The position numbers and the translations under genes were made by a program. The notes beneath the pieces are model-generated. The model was not told where the DNA came from. It ran no database searches and saw only the letters and a list, made by a program, of their open reading frames with translations. From a virus (taxonomy: Duplodnaviria > Caudoviricetes), in the IMG/VR virus record IMGVR_UViG_3300025848_000131, positions 1-31,187 of that record: 31,187 nucleotides of DNA. The stretch is one strand, 5' to 3'. This document shows, piece after piece, positions 15,285 to 25,006 of the stretch; the first letter of the stretch is position 1; every line of letters starts with the position of its first letter.

Positions 15285-17750
15285 TTAGTAACCCATACAA
15301 GTGACGGATATGGCGCAGTTCTCGAACCCAGCACTTTGCATTTTTTTACACCCGATGTAGTAGGCGTTTTGCGTCTGAGCCCCGGTAGTTTGAGTGGGGG
15401 TGGCCCCGTCCACCGAGTACTCGATGGTGGTGGCGGTGCAGTTATAGGTGTCAGCTCCAGACCAATAACCGGTGTTGAAATTGGTGGTGTAGTTCCCAGT
15501 GGAGTTCCAATTCACGGAGCTCACACAGTCGTTGAGCTCCGAACGCACGGTGCACGGGTTGGAGGTGCACGTGGAATGGCGAGACCCCGCCCCGCCGATG
15601 GCGTAGGAGCAGATCTTGATCTGGTTGGCGCCCGCGCCCGGGGCCACGATCAAATCCGGGGTGGAAGTCTCGATGGTCCACGCCGACCCGGTCCAGCGGC
15701 ACTCCTTGTCCAGGGTGGTGTCGTAGACGCACTTACCTTCGTCGGCGCTGCCCAGAGACGCCCCCAGGGTGTTCCTCTGAGTGGTGGTCATCCGGTTGCA
15801 GGGGATGGAGGCCACGGTGTCCCCGATGGCCTGAATGGACTTGGCGGTCATCAGGGCGGTGAAGCTGCCCGTAGCGCCATTCACGGTGCCGGCGATCAGG
15901 AGATCGGCGGTGGCGTTCGTGACGGTGAGGTTGGGGACACTCAACAAGTCCGCGGTGGCGATGTAGTTGAACACGGCCTCGTCCACCAGGTCGCCCGAGG
16001 CGTTGGTGTAGGGCACCCGGGTGTTGGTCAGCCCGTCCGCCCCGCCAGCGGACTTCCAGGTGCCGGTCAGGGCGTTGTAGGTGTTCCACTTGTGCAGGTC
16101 GGTGTCGTACACGCAGTCGCCGTCCCCGGGGGAGGCAATGGCGTTCTTCTGGGCGGTGGTCATGTCCGGGCAGGGGTTGGAGGCCACCAGCGTGGAGGTG
16201 GCCACCAGGCGCCCGTTGATGGTCGCCACATCCGAGGCGAAGTCCATGTGGATGAGAGGGTTAGTGGTGCCGGAGTTGTCGATGAATCCCTGGTTGGACC
16301 CAGTGAACTGGTTTCCGGCCTGGTACCCCAGGAACAGGTTCCCGCTGCCGGTGGTGGCATTGCCGGCCTGGTACCCCAGAGCGGTGTTGTTGGTCCCGGT
16401 CGAAACGGTGCCCAGGGCCTGATAACCCACCCCCACGTGCCCGGTCCCGCTAGTGTTGGCCCCCACGGCCGTGTGTCCCACGGCCACGTTGCCAGCGGCG
16501 GTGTTCAGTCCCAGGGCGCTCGACCCCACGGCCACGTTGTCGTTGCCGGTCTGGTTCATGCCCAGGGCGCTGGAACCGATGCCCACGTTGTTGTTGGCGC
16601 CGGTCAGCACTTCGCCGGCAGTCCAGCCCACGAAGGTGTTGTTGTCCCCTCCGGTGTTGGAGAAGAGGGTGTTGAGTCCCACGGCCACGTTGCGGATGGC
16701 CGCAGAGGTGTTCAGGCTGCCCGAGGAGGCCCCCACGAAGGTGCTGGCCGCGTCCGCCCGGTTGCCCAGGTAGATGGAGCCGTTGTCCACGGTCATGGGG
16801 CCGGCCAAGGAAATGGAGGAGTCGGAGGCCAGGTACACAAGCCCCGGGGTGGTGGCCAGCGCCCCGCTGGAGGTGATGTAGGGGATGCGGTCCGCGGTCA
16901 GGGGAGTGAAGAGGCTGCCCGAGTAGGTCAGGTTGGAGATGCCGGTCATCGACCCGGTGGCGGAGATGCCCACCACCGAGTTCTTCACGTCGTCCCCTCC
17001 CGTACCGTCCCACAGGACGATGGCGCTGTCGGAGACCGCGGTCTCCCGGTTCAGGTCATCGGAGAGCTCCTGCCAGCGGAGGGCGGCCAGGTCGGTGGCA
17101 AAGGTTCCGGAGGTGTGGGAGATGAGGGTGTTGTAGATCTTCCCGCCCACGTGCACCACGTCCCCGGTGGCGTAGGCGTTGGCGGTAATCCAGGCGAAGA
17201 GCCCAGAGCCCATGGACTTCCAGGCGGTACCGTCGAAGTTCTGGTAGACGCCCGAGGTAGTGTTGAAGATGCACAACCCCTGGGCCGGCGAGGCGATCAG
17301 GTCCCGGCTGGCCAGGGACAGGCGCGGGCAGGGGCGGGACCCCAGGGTGTTGGAGGTCACGTCGAAGATGGTGGAGAGGTCCGGCGAGGCGCCCAGCCCC
17401 AGGCCGTTGTCGAAGAGGTACAGGTTCTCGGAGTTGACCCAGTTCACCCCATCGAAGCGCAGCACGTCTCCGGTCGCCTTGCCGGCGGTGGAGATGTTGT
17501 TCAGGTCCTCCAGGTCGGAGTTCCCGCCCAGGAGCACGTCCGACTCCAGCCCGGTGTCGTCCAGGTAGTACAGGCGGTTGTCCGTCTTGGGGTAGAGGAA
17601 CCCGTAGCTGGCCACGATGGAGGGGGAGGCGGTCCGCTCCTTCATCTGGATCTTGCCGTCTTCCACCACCCAGTCGGTGTAGTACTTGGCCGCCTGCGCG
17701 GGCAGCACCAGGGCCAGGAGGACCAGGATCATCAGTTGGTAGTGCTTCAT
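15285..17750 (-). CDS. Tail-fibre/adhesin-like protein with N-terminal Sec signal peptide (821 aa)
   Basis: MKHYQLMILVLLALVLPAQA; CBM5/12-like module; YadA-head-like 14-aa repeats (NxAVGxxAL); three P-C-x-x-(M/L)...C-(I/V)-(F/Y)-(N/D)-T...W modules; Cys-rich C-terminal domain. Confidence 0.85.
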   Translation of the reverse strand: MKHYQLMILVLLALVLPAQAAKYYTDWVVEDGKIQMKERTASPSIVASYGFLYPKTDNRLYYLDDTGLESDVLLGGNSDLEDLNNISTAGKATGDVLRFDGVNWVNSENLYLFDNGLGLGASPDLSTIFDVTSNTLGSRPCPRLSLASRDLIASPAQGLCIFNTTSGVYQNFDGTAWKSMGSGLFAWITANAYATGDVVHVGGKIYNTLISHTSGTFATDLAALRWQELSDDLNRETAVSDSAIVLWDGTGGDDVKNSVVGISATGSMTGISNLTYSGSLFTPLTADRIPYITSSGALATTPGLVYLASDSSISLAGPMTVDNGSIYLGNRADAASTFVGASSGSLNTSAAIRNVAVGLNTLFSNTGGDNNTFVGWTAGEVLTGANNNVGIGSSALGMNQTGNDNVAVGSSALGLNTAAGNVAVGHTAVGANTSGTGHVGVGYQALGTVSTGTNNTALGYQAGNATTGSGNLFLGYQAGNQFTGSNQGFIDNSGTTNPLIHMDFASDVATINGRLVATSTLVASNPCPDMTTAQKNAIASPGDGDCVYDTDLHKWNTYNALTGTWKSAGGADGLTNTRVPYTNASGDLVDEAVFNYIATADLLSVPNLTVTNATADLLIAGTVNGATGSFTALMTAKSIQAIGDTVASIPCNRMTTTQRNTLGASLGSADEGKCVYDTTLDKECRWTGSAWTIETSTPDLIVAPGAGANQIKICSYAIGGAGSRHSTCTSNPCTVRSELNDCVSSVNWNSTGNYTTNFNTGYWSGADTYNCTATTIEYSVDGATPTQTTGAQTQNAYYIGCKKMQSAGFENCAISVTCMGY

Positions 17751-19099
17751 TACAACCTCGAAATTTCCAGGATTTGCCAGGACACGTAGGAATTGGCGGT
17801 GTCGTAGTTCCCGCCGGCCATGTTGTCGGTCTCGTAGTACACCTGCCCCACCTCTTCGCCCGCCGGGCCGGACTGCTGAACCGAGAAGGTCACGCCGTCC
17901 AGGTTCCCGATGATCTTGGTGGTGGACTCCCGCTCAACGTACCAGGTGCCGTTGATGTAGTGCATGAGGAGCACGCAGGTGGTGAACCGGAACTCGGCAT
18001 CGTCCTTCCGCTGGATCTGCACATGCACCCGGGCGGACCTGGCCCCCACGGCGGAGAGGTGGAAGATGTTCCCCACCCCGGCCTCGCCCGCGGCGGCGTC
18101 CAGGGCAGTGGCGGAGGCGTTGTTATTCAGGCGCTGCTTGCCCACCGCCCGGTTGATGGCCACAGCGCCCTCGAGGGCAAGGATACGGGCGTTGTGGGTC
18201 GAAATGTCGGTGTCCAAGGAGGTGACATCCGACTGGAGGGTGGTGATGACAGACAGGTTCGGGACCTGGGAAGCGATGGCCTGGGCCGTCCTCAAGGGAG
18301 ACATCCCCTTGGTGTTGTCGGTGCCCGCCTGGGCCTCGGCCTGGGAGGCGATGGCGGAGAAAATGCCGTCCGCGCCGGGCGCCCCGTTGGCACCCGCGGG
18401 ACCTTGGGCCCCGGTGGCCCCGGTGGCCCCGGTGGCCCCGGTCTCGCCCGCAGGCCCCTGGGCCCCCGCCGCCCCGGTCATGGCCGTCCATCGGGAGGCG
18501 GTCAGGTCGGAGTCGAAGGTGCCGGAGGTGTGTTGGGTCAGGCAGCGGTAGATCACCGTGTCGTAATAGACGATGGTGCCCACCGGATACAGGGTGGCCG
18601 TGACCCACGCAGGGATGGCGTAGTCGCCCTCTAGGTTGGTCCCCGCGGCGTCCCACTTGATGAACTTGTGGCGGGCCTCCAGGGGGAGGGTGATTCCGGA
18701 TAGGGCCGAGGAGGCGTGCAGTTGGATGGACTGGAGGAGGGCGTAGACAATCTCTTGGATCATCTGCACCAGGCGGTCGAACTTTGCCTCGATGCTGGAG
18801 GCGGGGAAGGTGGTACCGGTGTACGGGGTGGTCTGGGTCTTGGGGGTCACCCGCTTGATGGTGATGGCGTCCCCGTTGGCCGGGGCCACGGCGAAGACCA
18901 GATCCCCGCCCGCGCAGATGCCGTCGGAACCGGCGGCGCCCTCGGTGATGGAGTATCCGGACCCCTGGAGGACGCCGTTCTTGTACACCTGGAAAATGGT
19001 GGACGCTTCGTTGTCGAAGAAGTCGATGGTGAAGGGGAAGGTCGTCGTGGAACCATCCCCAGTGAAGGATTGGGCCACAGCCGTGTTACTCACGCTCAC
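17750..19099 (-). CDS. Tail fibre with T7 gp17-like N-terminal attachment domain
   Basis: FTGDGSTTTFPF...APANGDAITIKRVTP...FDRLVQMIQE; CBM5/12-like module; collagen segment; coiled coil. Confidence 0.88.
   Translation of the reverse strand: MSVSNTAVAQSFTGDGSTTTFPFTIDFFDNEASTIFQVYKNGVLQGSGYSITEGAAGSDGICAGGDLVFAVAPANGDAITIKRVTPKTQTTPYTGTTFPASSIEAKFDRLVQMIQEIVYALLQSIQLHASSALSGITLPLEARHKFIKWDAAGTNLEGDYAIPAWVTATLYPVGTIVYYDTVIYRCLTQHTSGTFDSDLTASRWTAMTGAAGAQGPAGETGATGATGATGAQGPAGANGAPGADGIFSAIASQAEAQAGTDNTKGMSPLRTAQAIASQVPNLSVITTLQSDVTSLDTDISTHNARILALEGAVAINRAVGKQRLNNNASATALDAAAGEAGVGNIFHLSAVGARSARVHVQIQRKDDAEFRFTTCVLLMHYINGTWYVERESTTKIIGNLDGVTFSVQQSGPAGEEVGQVYYETDNMAGGNYDTANSYVSWQILEISRL
18365..18475 (-). 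repeat. Collagen-like (Gly-X-Y)12 repeat including tandem 9-bp units
   Basis: GAAGAQGPAGETGATGATGATGAQGPAGANGAPGADG. Confidence 0.9.
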
Positions 19100-21486
19100 T
19101 GTGCGACCTCCTGAAAATACTCTGTGATTGCCTTATTTAGTATGGCACGGGTGTAGGGGAAAGCGGGAATGTTTCTTTTCGCCACCCGGGACAATTCCTG
19201 GTCGTAATCCGACCGGAGACCCCGGGAAGAGCGGACTTCCTCGCCCAAAAGCTCGTTCTTGGTCTGGTGGGCCAGGTGGACCGCGTCCCCGATCACCCCG
19301 AAGGAGGGCCCCAGGACCCCCTCGGCGAAGGGGCGGTCCGAAAACAGCAGGTCGGTGTAGATGCCCCCGATCCCGCTGGAAACCAGGATTTGGAGCTTGG
19401 CCCGGTTGTCGTACTCGATCTCGCCCGGGGGCGTGCCCTCCAGGATCTTCCTTGCGGTGTAGGCCATGCCGGAGAGGACGATGGCCAGCCCCATGGTGGG
19501 GATCAGGGTTTTGGCCCCGCCCACCTGATAGTTGTACTGCATGGTTTTGAGCACCGCGATAGGGAAGGTCTTGTACTTCATCATCAGGATCATGGCCGCG
19601 TCCCGGGTCTGGTTCGGGTCCAGGGAGGCCATTTTCTGCTTCATCTTCATGTCCGCGGAGGCCACGGAGATGTCCACGTTGTTCTTCACGTACCCGTAGA
19701 CCTTCATGGCCAGCTGGTCCCGGGCGCGGATCCTCTCGGAGAGGGGCGTGGGGTTCTTGGGGTCGGTGCTGACGTTGAACATCTCGTCGGGGAGGGCCTG
19801 GATGGACTCCACCGTGACCACCTTCCCGGCGTTGGGCGCCTCTTCCACGGCGTGCTTGAGCTTGGCCCAGTCCGCCTCGGTGATGCCCGAGCGCAGGAGG
19901 ACCTTCTGGGCGTCGGGCCTGAGCTTGCCGAAGGGGTGGTCCAGGGCGCGGGCCATGTCCCGGGCGAGGCTGGCGGATTGGGCCCGCTTCATGGAGAAGT
20001 CGGTGCGCCCCAGGCCGGTGGCGTCCATCCACGCTTTATACATGGTGTTAAGACCGCCCTTCAGGCGCTCGAACCCGTTCTTCCCCTCCACGTGGAAGGA
20101 GCTCGCCGCCTCACCGTAGCGGTCGAAGGAGAGGGAGTACAGCCAATCCTGGGCGTAGTACTGGACCTCCTCGGCGACCTTGTTGACGTTGGACATGCCT
20201 CGCGGGGCCATGTTCTTGGCGTAGTCCCCAAAGGTGTCCGCGAAGTTCTCCAGGATGTTGCGCCCAGTGACCGCCCCGATGGTGCCGTTGGCGTTGGCCC
20301 AGTCCGGCATGGCGGAGAAGAAGGACATCTGGAGCTTGGTCATGTCGGTGAAGCGGTTCAACCCCACCACCGCGTGCCCGAGCAGGTTCTTGGCCGGGTT
20401 GGTCCTGGGGTACAGGAGGTAGTCGGTGGTGTCCAAGATCTGCTTCTCGCGCTTCTTGAACTCGTCGAACTGGCCCTTGCCGGTCATGTTCGCCCGGGCG
20501 GCGTCCAGGTTCATCCGAAGCGCCTGGCGCCACTTGGGGCCGAAAGCGTGGGCGGCGGCCACCTCGCCCGAGTCCTGGTGCAGGTCCATGATGACGTTTT
20601 CCAGGAAGTTCTGTCCGGTCTCCCGGTGGTAGGCCAACCAACTCTCCATGGACTTGGGCTCGAAGGTCCTAGACTTCTCCAGGCGGCTGCCCTTGGAGGT
20701 GTGCTCGATCTTCTTCATCTCCGAGTCGATGTGCCAGGTGGACTCGAAGGGGCGGTCCACGATGCGCTGGTACATCTTGTCCAGGGCGGCGTCGATCTCC
20801 TCCCGGGTGCCGGTCACCTTGAAGTGCCTCTCGAAGGTCTCCTTCCACGCCGCCGGGCCCATGCTGCGGAGGGTGTCCGGGGGGTGGCGGGTGCGCCCGA
20901 TGTAGTCGGGGATGAACCCCACGTCGATCTTGGCGGCCCGCTTCGCCTGGTACTGGAAGTCGTAGAGCTTGCGGATCCCGTCGGCGAACTTCACCTCGGA
21001 GGGCGAGAGGGTGTGAGGTTTCTTGTCCCAGTACTTGCCCAGGTTGGTGAGGAGATCGGGGTCGTTCTTCACCAGGCGCTTGAGGACCTTGGGGTCCTCC
21101 TGGAAGACCTTGCCGATGAACTTGGCGGACTGCTCCATGAAGTAGTCCTTGGTCTCCGCCACCCGGATGTGCCCCTCGCTGGACTTGATCCGGTCGATGC
21201 CCAGGATCCCCTCCAGGAGGTCCAGGGGTTTGGCGTGGGACTCCATCTTGGCCAGCACCGGGGCGTTGGTCTCCAGGGTCGCCAGGCGCTGCATCTGGGA
21301 GATCCGGAGCTCGCGCTCCTTCATGGCCAGCAGGTCCTTGAGCACCTTGGCGGGGTTCTGGCCCGTGGCCTGCGCCCGCTGGACGATGCCGTCCACGTTC
21401 TCGATGAGTGCCTTGAGCTCCTTCTGGTTGAAGGTCTCGCCAAATTTCTGCATCGCTTCAATGGAGCAGGTCGCGAAGTCCTTCAT
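19096..21486 (-). CDS. Internal virion (ejection) protein, 796 aa
   Basis: Position before the fibre; helical; C-terminal SSGIGGIYTD...GVLGPSFG typical of large podovirus core proteins. Confidence 0.75.
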   Translation of the reverse strand: MKDFATCSIEAMQKFGETFNQKELKALIENVDGIVQRAQATGQNPAKVLKDLLAMKERELRISQMQRLATLETNAPVLAKMESHAKPLDLLEGILGIDRIKSSEGHIRVAETKDYFMEQSAKFIGKVFQEDPKVLKRLVKNDPDLLTNLGKYWDKKPHTLSPSEVKFADGIRKLYDFQYQAKRAAKIDVGFIPDYIGRTRHPPDTLRSMGPAAWKETFERHFKVTGTREEIDAALDKMYQRIVDRPFESTWHIDSEMKKIEHTSKGSRLEKSRTFEPKSMESWLAYHRETGQNFLENVIMDLHQDSGEVAAAHAFGPKWRQALRMNLDAARANMTGKGQFDEFKKREKQILDTTDYLLYPRTNPAKNLLGHAVVGLNRFTDMTKLQMSFFSAMPDWANANGTIGAVTGRNILENFADTFGDYAKNMAPRGMSNVNKVAEEVQYYAQDWLYSLSFDRYGEAASSFHVEGKNGFERLKGGLNTMYKAWMDATGLGRTDFSMKRAQSASLARDMARALDHPFGKLRPDAQKVLLRSGITEADWAKLKHAVEEAPNAGKVVTVESIQALPDEMFNVSTDPKNPTPLSERIRARDQLAMKVYGYVKNNVDISVASADMKMKQKMASLDPNQTRDAAMILMMKYKTFPIAVLKTMQYNYQVGGAKTLIPTMGLAIVLSGMAYTARKILEGTPPGEIEYDNRAKLQILVSSGIGGIYTDLLFSDRPFAEGVLGPSFGVIGDAVHLAHQTKNELLGEEVRSSRGLRSDYDQELSRVAKRNIPAFPYTRAILNKAITEYFQEVAQ

Positions 21487-22796
21487 GCGGCGTCACCTCC
21501 GTACAGGCAGCCCTTGAGGAACTTCTCCACCTCGAACTGCTGCTCCGCCTTCACCACCTCGGGCGGGGCGAACTTGCGGGATTGCTCCAACTTGGCGTTG
21601 AGCTCCTCCTCGGGGAGGGTCTTGTACCGGGCCAGGTCCTGCTCCAGCATCTCGTCCCCCTCCTTGATCAGAGCGGCGGGGTCGGTCTGCCGGTTGTAGG
21701 CCTCTTCAATTTTATCGTCGTGGTGGAGGTCGTTCTTGGGGTCCTCCAGGGTCTGGGCGATGTCCTGGGCCGCCTGGTCGGAGAGCTTGGCGCCCTCCTC
21801 CTGGGTGGCCAGGTAGTACTTGCGCTTGTCGAACCCCTGGGCCTCGATGGTGTCCTTGAACTTCTGGACCTCCTCGGGGGTGACGCGACCGCTCTCCAAC
21901 TCCTCTCTGAGGACGGAGAACACGTCGGCCATGTCCTCCGCGTCCTCCAGGCGCCCAAAGACCTCCTCGTCGGCAAAGCCGGCGTAGGCGTTCTTCACCT
22001 CGGGGGTCACCTTCAGGTCCTCCTCCAGCTTGGAGGCGATGGTCTGGAGTACGGCCCCAGGACTCTTCCCGTCCTCCATGGCCTGGCGGACGGTCTCCAG
22101 CGCCTGGGCATGGCCCTGGGGGCCTACCTTGGAGAGCGCCTTGCCCACGGCGTGGATGCCGGTGGAGAGTCCCGCCCCGAAGACGGAGGAGAGCATCATG
22201 CTTTTGGCGGCATGGGATGCCGTGTACTCCTGGAGCTCCGCCTTGTTGGCCTGCATGACGAAGGCCTCGTTGACGGTGTTGGCCGCCATGTTCCCGGCGA
22301 GCTCCTGGAGGTAGACCTGGGTGAGCTTGGGGACCGGGGTGGCGAACTTGGAGGCCTGCACAGCTTTCCCAATTCCGGCCCCCAGGACCATCCCCACGGT
22401 CATGTCGATGGGGTCCATCTGGGACCCCACGATGCTGCCCAAGAAGGGCACCACCGACCCTTTCCATAGGCCAGAGGCATTGGAAAGAATCTGCTGGCGC
22501 TGGAGCTTCTCGTCGTGCCGGTCCTGGATGGTCTGGGCCTGGAGCTCGGTGAGCTGCTCGGTGGGTTTCCCGGGGAAGTTGGGGTACTTGGCGATCACCT
22601 CTTCAGGCGACAGCTTGGGCCCCACCTGGCCCTGCTCTTCCAGGATCTGGTTGCGCCCGTAGGACATCAGGGTGGTGTTCTCGAAGGCGTCCTGGACGGA
22701 AACGGAGAGCACGTCACCCCATGACGCCTCCGGGCGGTAGGCGCGGGCGGCCCGCTCCATGGGGTCCATTTCCATGGTGGGGAAGGAAGTGGTCAT
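21483..22796 (-). CDS. Internal virion (ejection) protein, 437 aa
   Basis: ATGA coupling at both ends; GSQMDPID..GxxxG glycine-rich hydrophobic segments. Confidence 0.7.
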   Translation of the reverse strand: MTTSFPTMEMDPMERAARAYRPEASWGDVLSVSVQDAFENTTLMSYGRNQILEEQGQVGPKLSPEEVIAKYPNFPGKPTEQLTELQAQTIQDRHDEKLQRQQILSNASGLWKGSVVPFLGSIVGSQMDPIDMTVGMVLGAGIGKAVQASKFATPVPKLTQVYLQELAGNMAANTVNEAFVMQANKAELQEYTASHAAKSMMLSSVFGAGLSTGIHAVGKALSKVGPQGHAQALETVRQAMEDGKSPGAVLQTIASKLEEDLKVTPEVKNAYAGFADEEVFGRLEDAEDMADVFSVLREELESGRVTPEEVQKFKDTIEAQGFDKRKYYLATQEEGAKLSDQAAQDIAQTLEDPKNDLHHDDKIEEAYNRQTDPAALIKEGDEMLEQDLARYKTLPEEELNAKLEQSRKFAPPEVVKAEQQFEVEKFLKGCLYGGDAA

Positions 22797-25003
22797 CCGT
22801 CACCGCCGAAGAGGTTCTTGAAGAACTTACGCATCTCGCCTTTGTTGATGGCGTCCGCCTGGCGGGCCTGCTGGAGCATCTTCTTTCCGGGCGCCTTGGC
22901 CGCCTGGGCCCGGCGCTGCTCGCCCATCACCTTGGTGACCGGGAACGCCTTGATCTCCTCCATGGTCCAGCGGGCGGGTTTCCCGTCCTTCTTCTCCAGG
23001 GTTCGCAGGACCCCCGTCCCGTCCCGGACCTGGAGCTCGACCTCGTTGGGGGACACGTTCACCCACTGTCCGGAGTCCCGGATGTCGGCGTTGGCGATGC
23101 CGGTGTCCCCGTCGATCTTGAGGCCCAGGGCCCCAACGTAGTCGATGTCCTCGTTGGTGAAGGCGTTCAGGAACTGGTCCACCGAGGACTTCAGGACCTG
23201 GTCGCCCTGGGGGTAGTACACGGTGCTGCGGGACACCTTGGTGGTGGCGTAGTGGTTGTTGAAGAGGTTGACCGCCTTCTGCTTGGCGTCGGCGACCGAC
23301 TCCCCCTTGGTGACCCGGGAGGCGAAGTCGTACTCCATCTGGTCCACCATGGCGTCGGCCAGCTCCTTGGAGGCGGGCGTTCCGTTGGCCCGGACCGCCT
23401 TGATGAACTTGGTGTTGTTCCACTCCACCCGGATGTCGTTGACCTTCTTCTCGCCGACCGCCTTCAGGGCGGGGGACTCCTTGTTGTAGGTCTCCATGTT
23501 CTGGAGCATCCGGGTGCGGGTCAGGGGGTCCGGGATGGTGCCCACCACCGCGTACTTGGGGTTGATGCCCGACTCCTTCATGACCCGGTAGGTGTCCGGG
23601 CCGGCCATCTCGACGATGTCCTCCAGCGCCTGGGTGGCGGACTGGTACTCCCGGTTGTCCAGGGCGCCCTCGAAGCTCTTCTTGAAGTGGTTGCGCATGG
23701 AGGGCGTGGTGTAGGATCGGGCGCCCGGGGCGATCTGGAAGCGGTCGTAGTGGGCGTCCATCTCCACCTTGTACTTCTGGTAGGACTCCCGATCCCCGGA
23801 CATGGCGGCCACCGCCAGGGCGTGCACCGCCGGGTCGCGCACCTCGAAATAGGCGCCCCCGTCCTTCAGGACTTCCTTGTCGTCTTGCTGGGTCCTCTCC
23901 AGGATCTCGTTCTTGAGCTTGGCGGAGGTGGCCGCCTTCACGTAGGGGTCGGTGATGGACATGTTGGCGATGGTCTTTTCCACCACCCCGTTGATGTCCC
24001 GCTCGTTGGGAGGCACCAGGCCCACCACTTTGGAGACCTGGTTGTACACGTGCTGGGAGGTGACCTTAGCCAGGTAGTCCTGCTTGTCGAAGGAATCCAG
24101 GTTGGGGTCGGCCATGATCCGGGACTTGATATCGGAGTACAGGGCGGGGTCCGCCCCGCCGGAGATGATGAAGGCGTTGACCCGGTCGCGCGTGTGCCGG
24201 GAAGAGCGCTCCTTGGCCTGCCGGAGGCCCTGCTCGAACTGGTTCTCGTAGGCGAGCATGTCGTCCGGGGTCATGTCCGAGAGCATGGGGTCGCCGGAGC
24301 GCAGGAAGTCGATGCCCTTCTTGTAGAAGTCCCGCTCCTTGACCATCTGCCCGTTGGTGCCCATCTCCTTGGCCTTGGAGAGGTAGCCGTTCAGGGTGCC
24401 GTCCCGCATCGCCTTTCGGGCCATGTTCTGGTTCTGGACGATCTCCTCGGGGGTGAAGAGGTCCGGGTCGTTCATCTCCTCCAGGGTGTCGGCGAAGTCC
24501 ACCAGACGGGTGGGGGAAAGTGGGTCGGCCTGGAACTGCTGGGCCTTGTGGAGGGCGTACTTCTTCTTGCTGTCCTTGGCCAGGTCGGTGGACTCCCGGC
24601 GCAGTTCGGAGTCCTGCTTGATGAGGGACATGCCCACATGCTCGTCGGCCTCCAGGTTGAAGGCGTCCTTGGCGTCCTGATAGGGGGCGTTGTCCAGGTA
24701 CTTCTGCTTCATGTCTCGGCCGGTGGCCTTGATGTACTCGGTGAACCCCTTGTGGTCGGCGCCCCAGGACTTGCGCTGCTCGGCCACCATGGCCTCGTAC
24801 TCGCGCTCGAACTCCATCTTCGAGTTCAGGACGTAGTCCTTCACCTCGACCGCCTTGCGCTTCATGGCCAGATCGGTGGCGAACTGCTCCAGCTTCCCGC
24901 CCACCTGCCCGATGGCGCTGGCCGTGGCGCCCTCGTTGGCGACGTTCGCCCCGGGGACCCTTTCGGAGATGCGATTGGATTGGAGGAGTTGGATGTCTGC
25001 CAT
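22793..25003 (-). CDS. Internal virion protein, 736 aa (gp15-like position)
   Basis: Helical, charged; synteny. Confidence 0.7.
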   Translation of the reverse strand: MADIQLLQSNRISERVPGANVANEGATASAIGQVGGKLEQFATDLAMKRKAVEVKDYVLNSKMEFEREYEAMVAEQRKSWGADHKGFTEYIKATGRDMKQKYLDNAPYQDAKDAFNLEADEHVGMSLIKQDSELRRESTDLAKDSKKKYALHKAQQFQADPLSPTRLVDFADTLEEMNDPDLFTPEEIVQNQNMARKAMRDGTLNGYLSKAKEMGTNGQMVKERDFYKKGIDFLRSGDPMLSDMTPDDMLAYENQFEQGLRQAKERSSRHTRDRVNAFIISGGADPALYSDIKSRIMADPNLDSFDKQDYLAKVTSQHVYNQVSKVVGLVPPNERDINGVVEKTIANMSITDPYVKAATSAKLKNEILERTQQDDKEVLKDGGAYFEVRDPAVHALAVAAMSGDRESYQKYKVEMDAHYDRFQIAPGARSYTTPSMRNHFKKSFEGALDNREYQSATQALEDIVEMAGPDTYRVMKESGINPKYAVVGTIPDPLTRTRMLQNMETYNKESPALKAVGEKKVNDIRVEWNNTKFIKAVRANGTPASKELADAMVDQMEYDFASRVTKGESVADAKQKAVNLFNNHYATTKVSRSTVYYPQGDQVLKSSVDQFLNAFTNEDIDYVGALGLKIDGDTGIANADIRDSGQWVNVSPNEVELQVRDGTGVLRTLEKKDGKPARWTMEEIKAFPVTKVMGEQRRAQAAKAPGKKMLQQARQADAINKGEMRKFFKNLFGGDG

Positions 25004-25006
25004 GGG

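Noticed and set aside
15285-15620. BPP-1-like diversity-generating retroelement target at the fibre C-terminus
   Set aside because: No template repeat or reverse transcriptase seen in the window; the domain does not look like the Mtd C-type lectin
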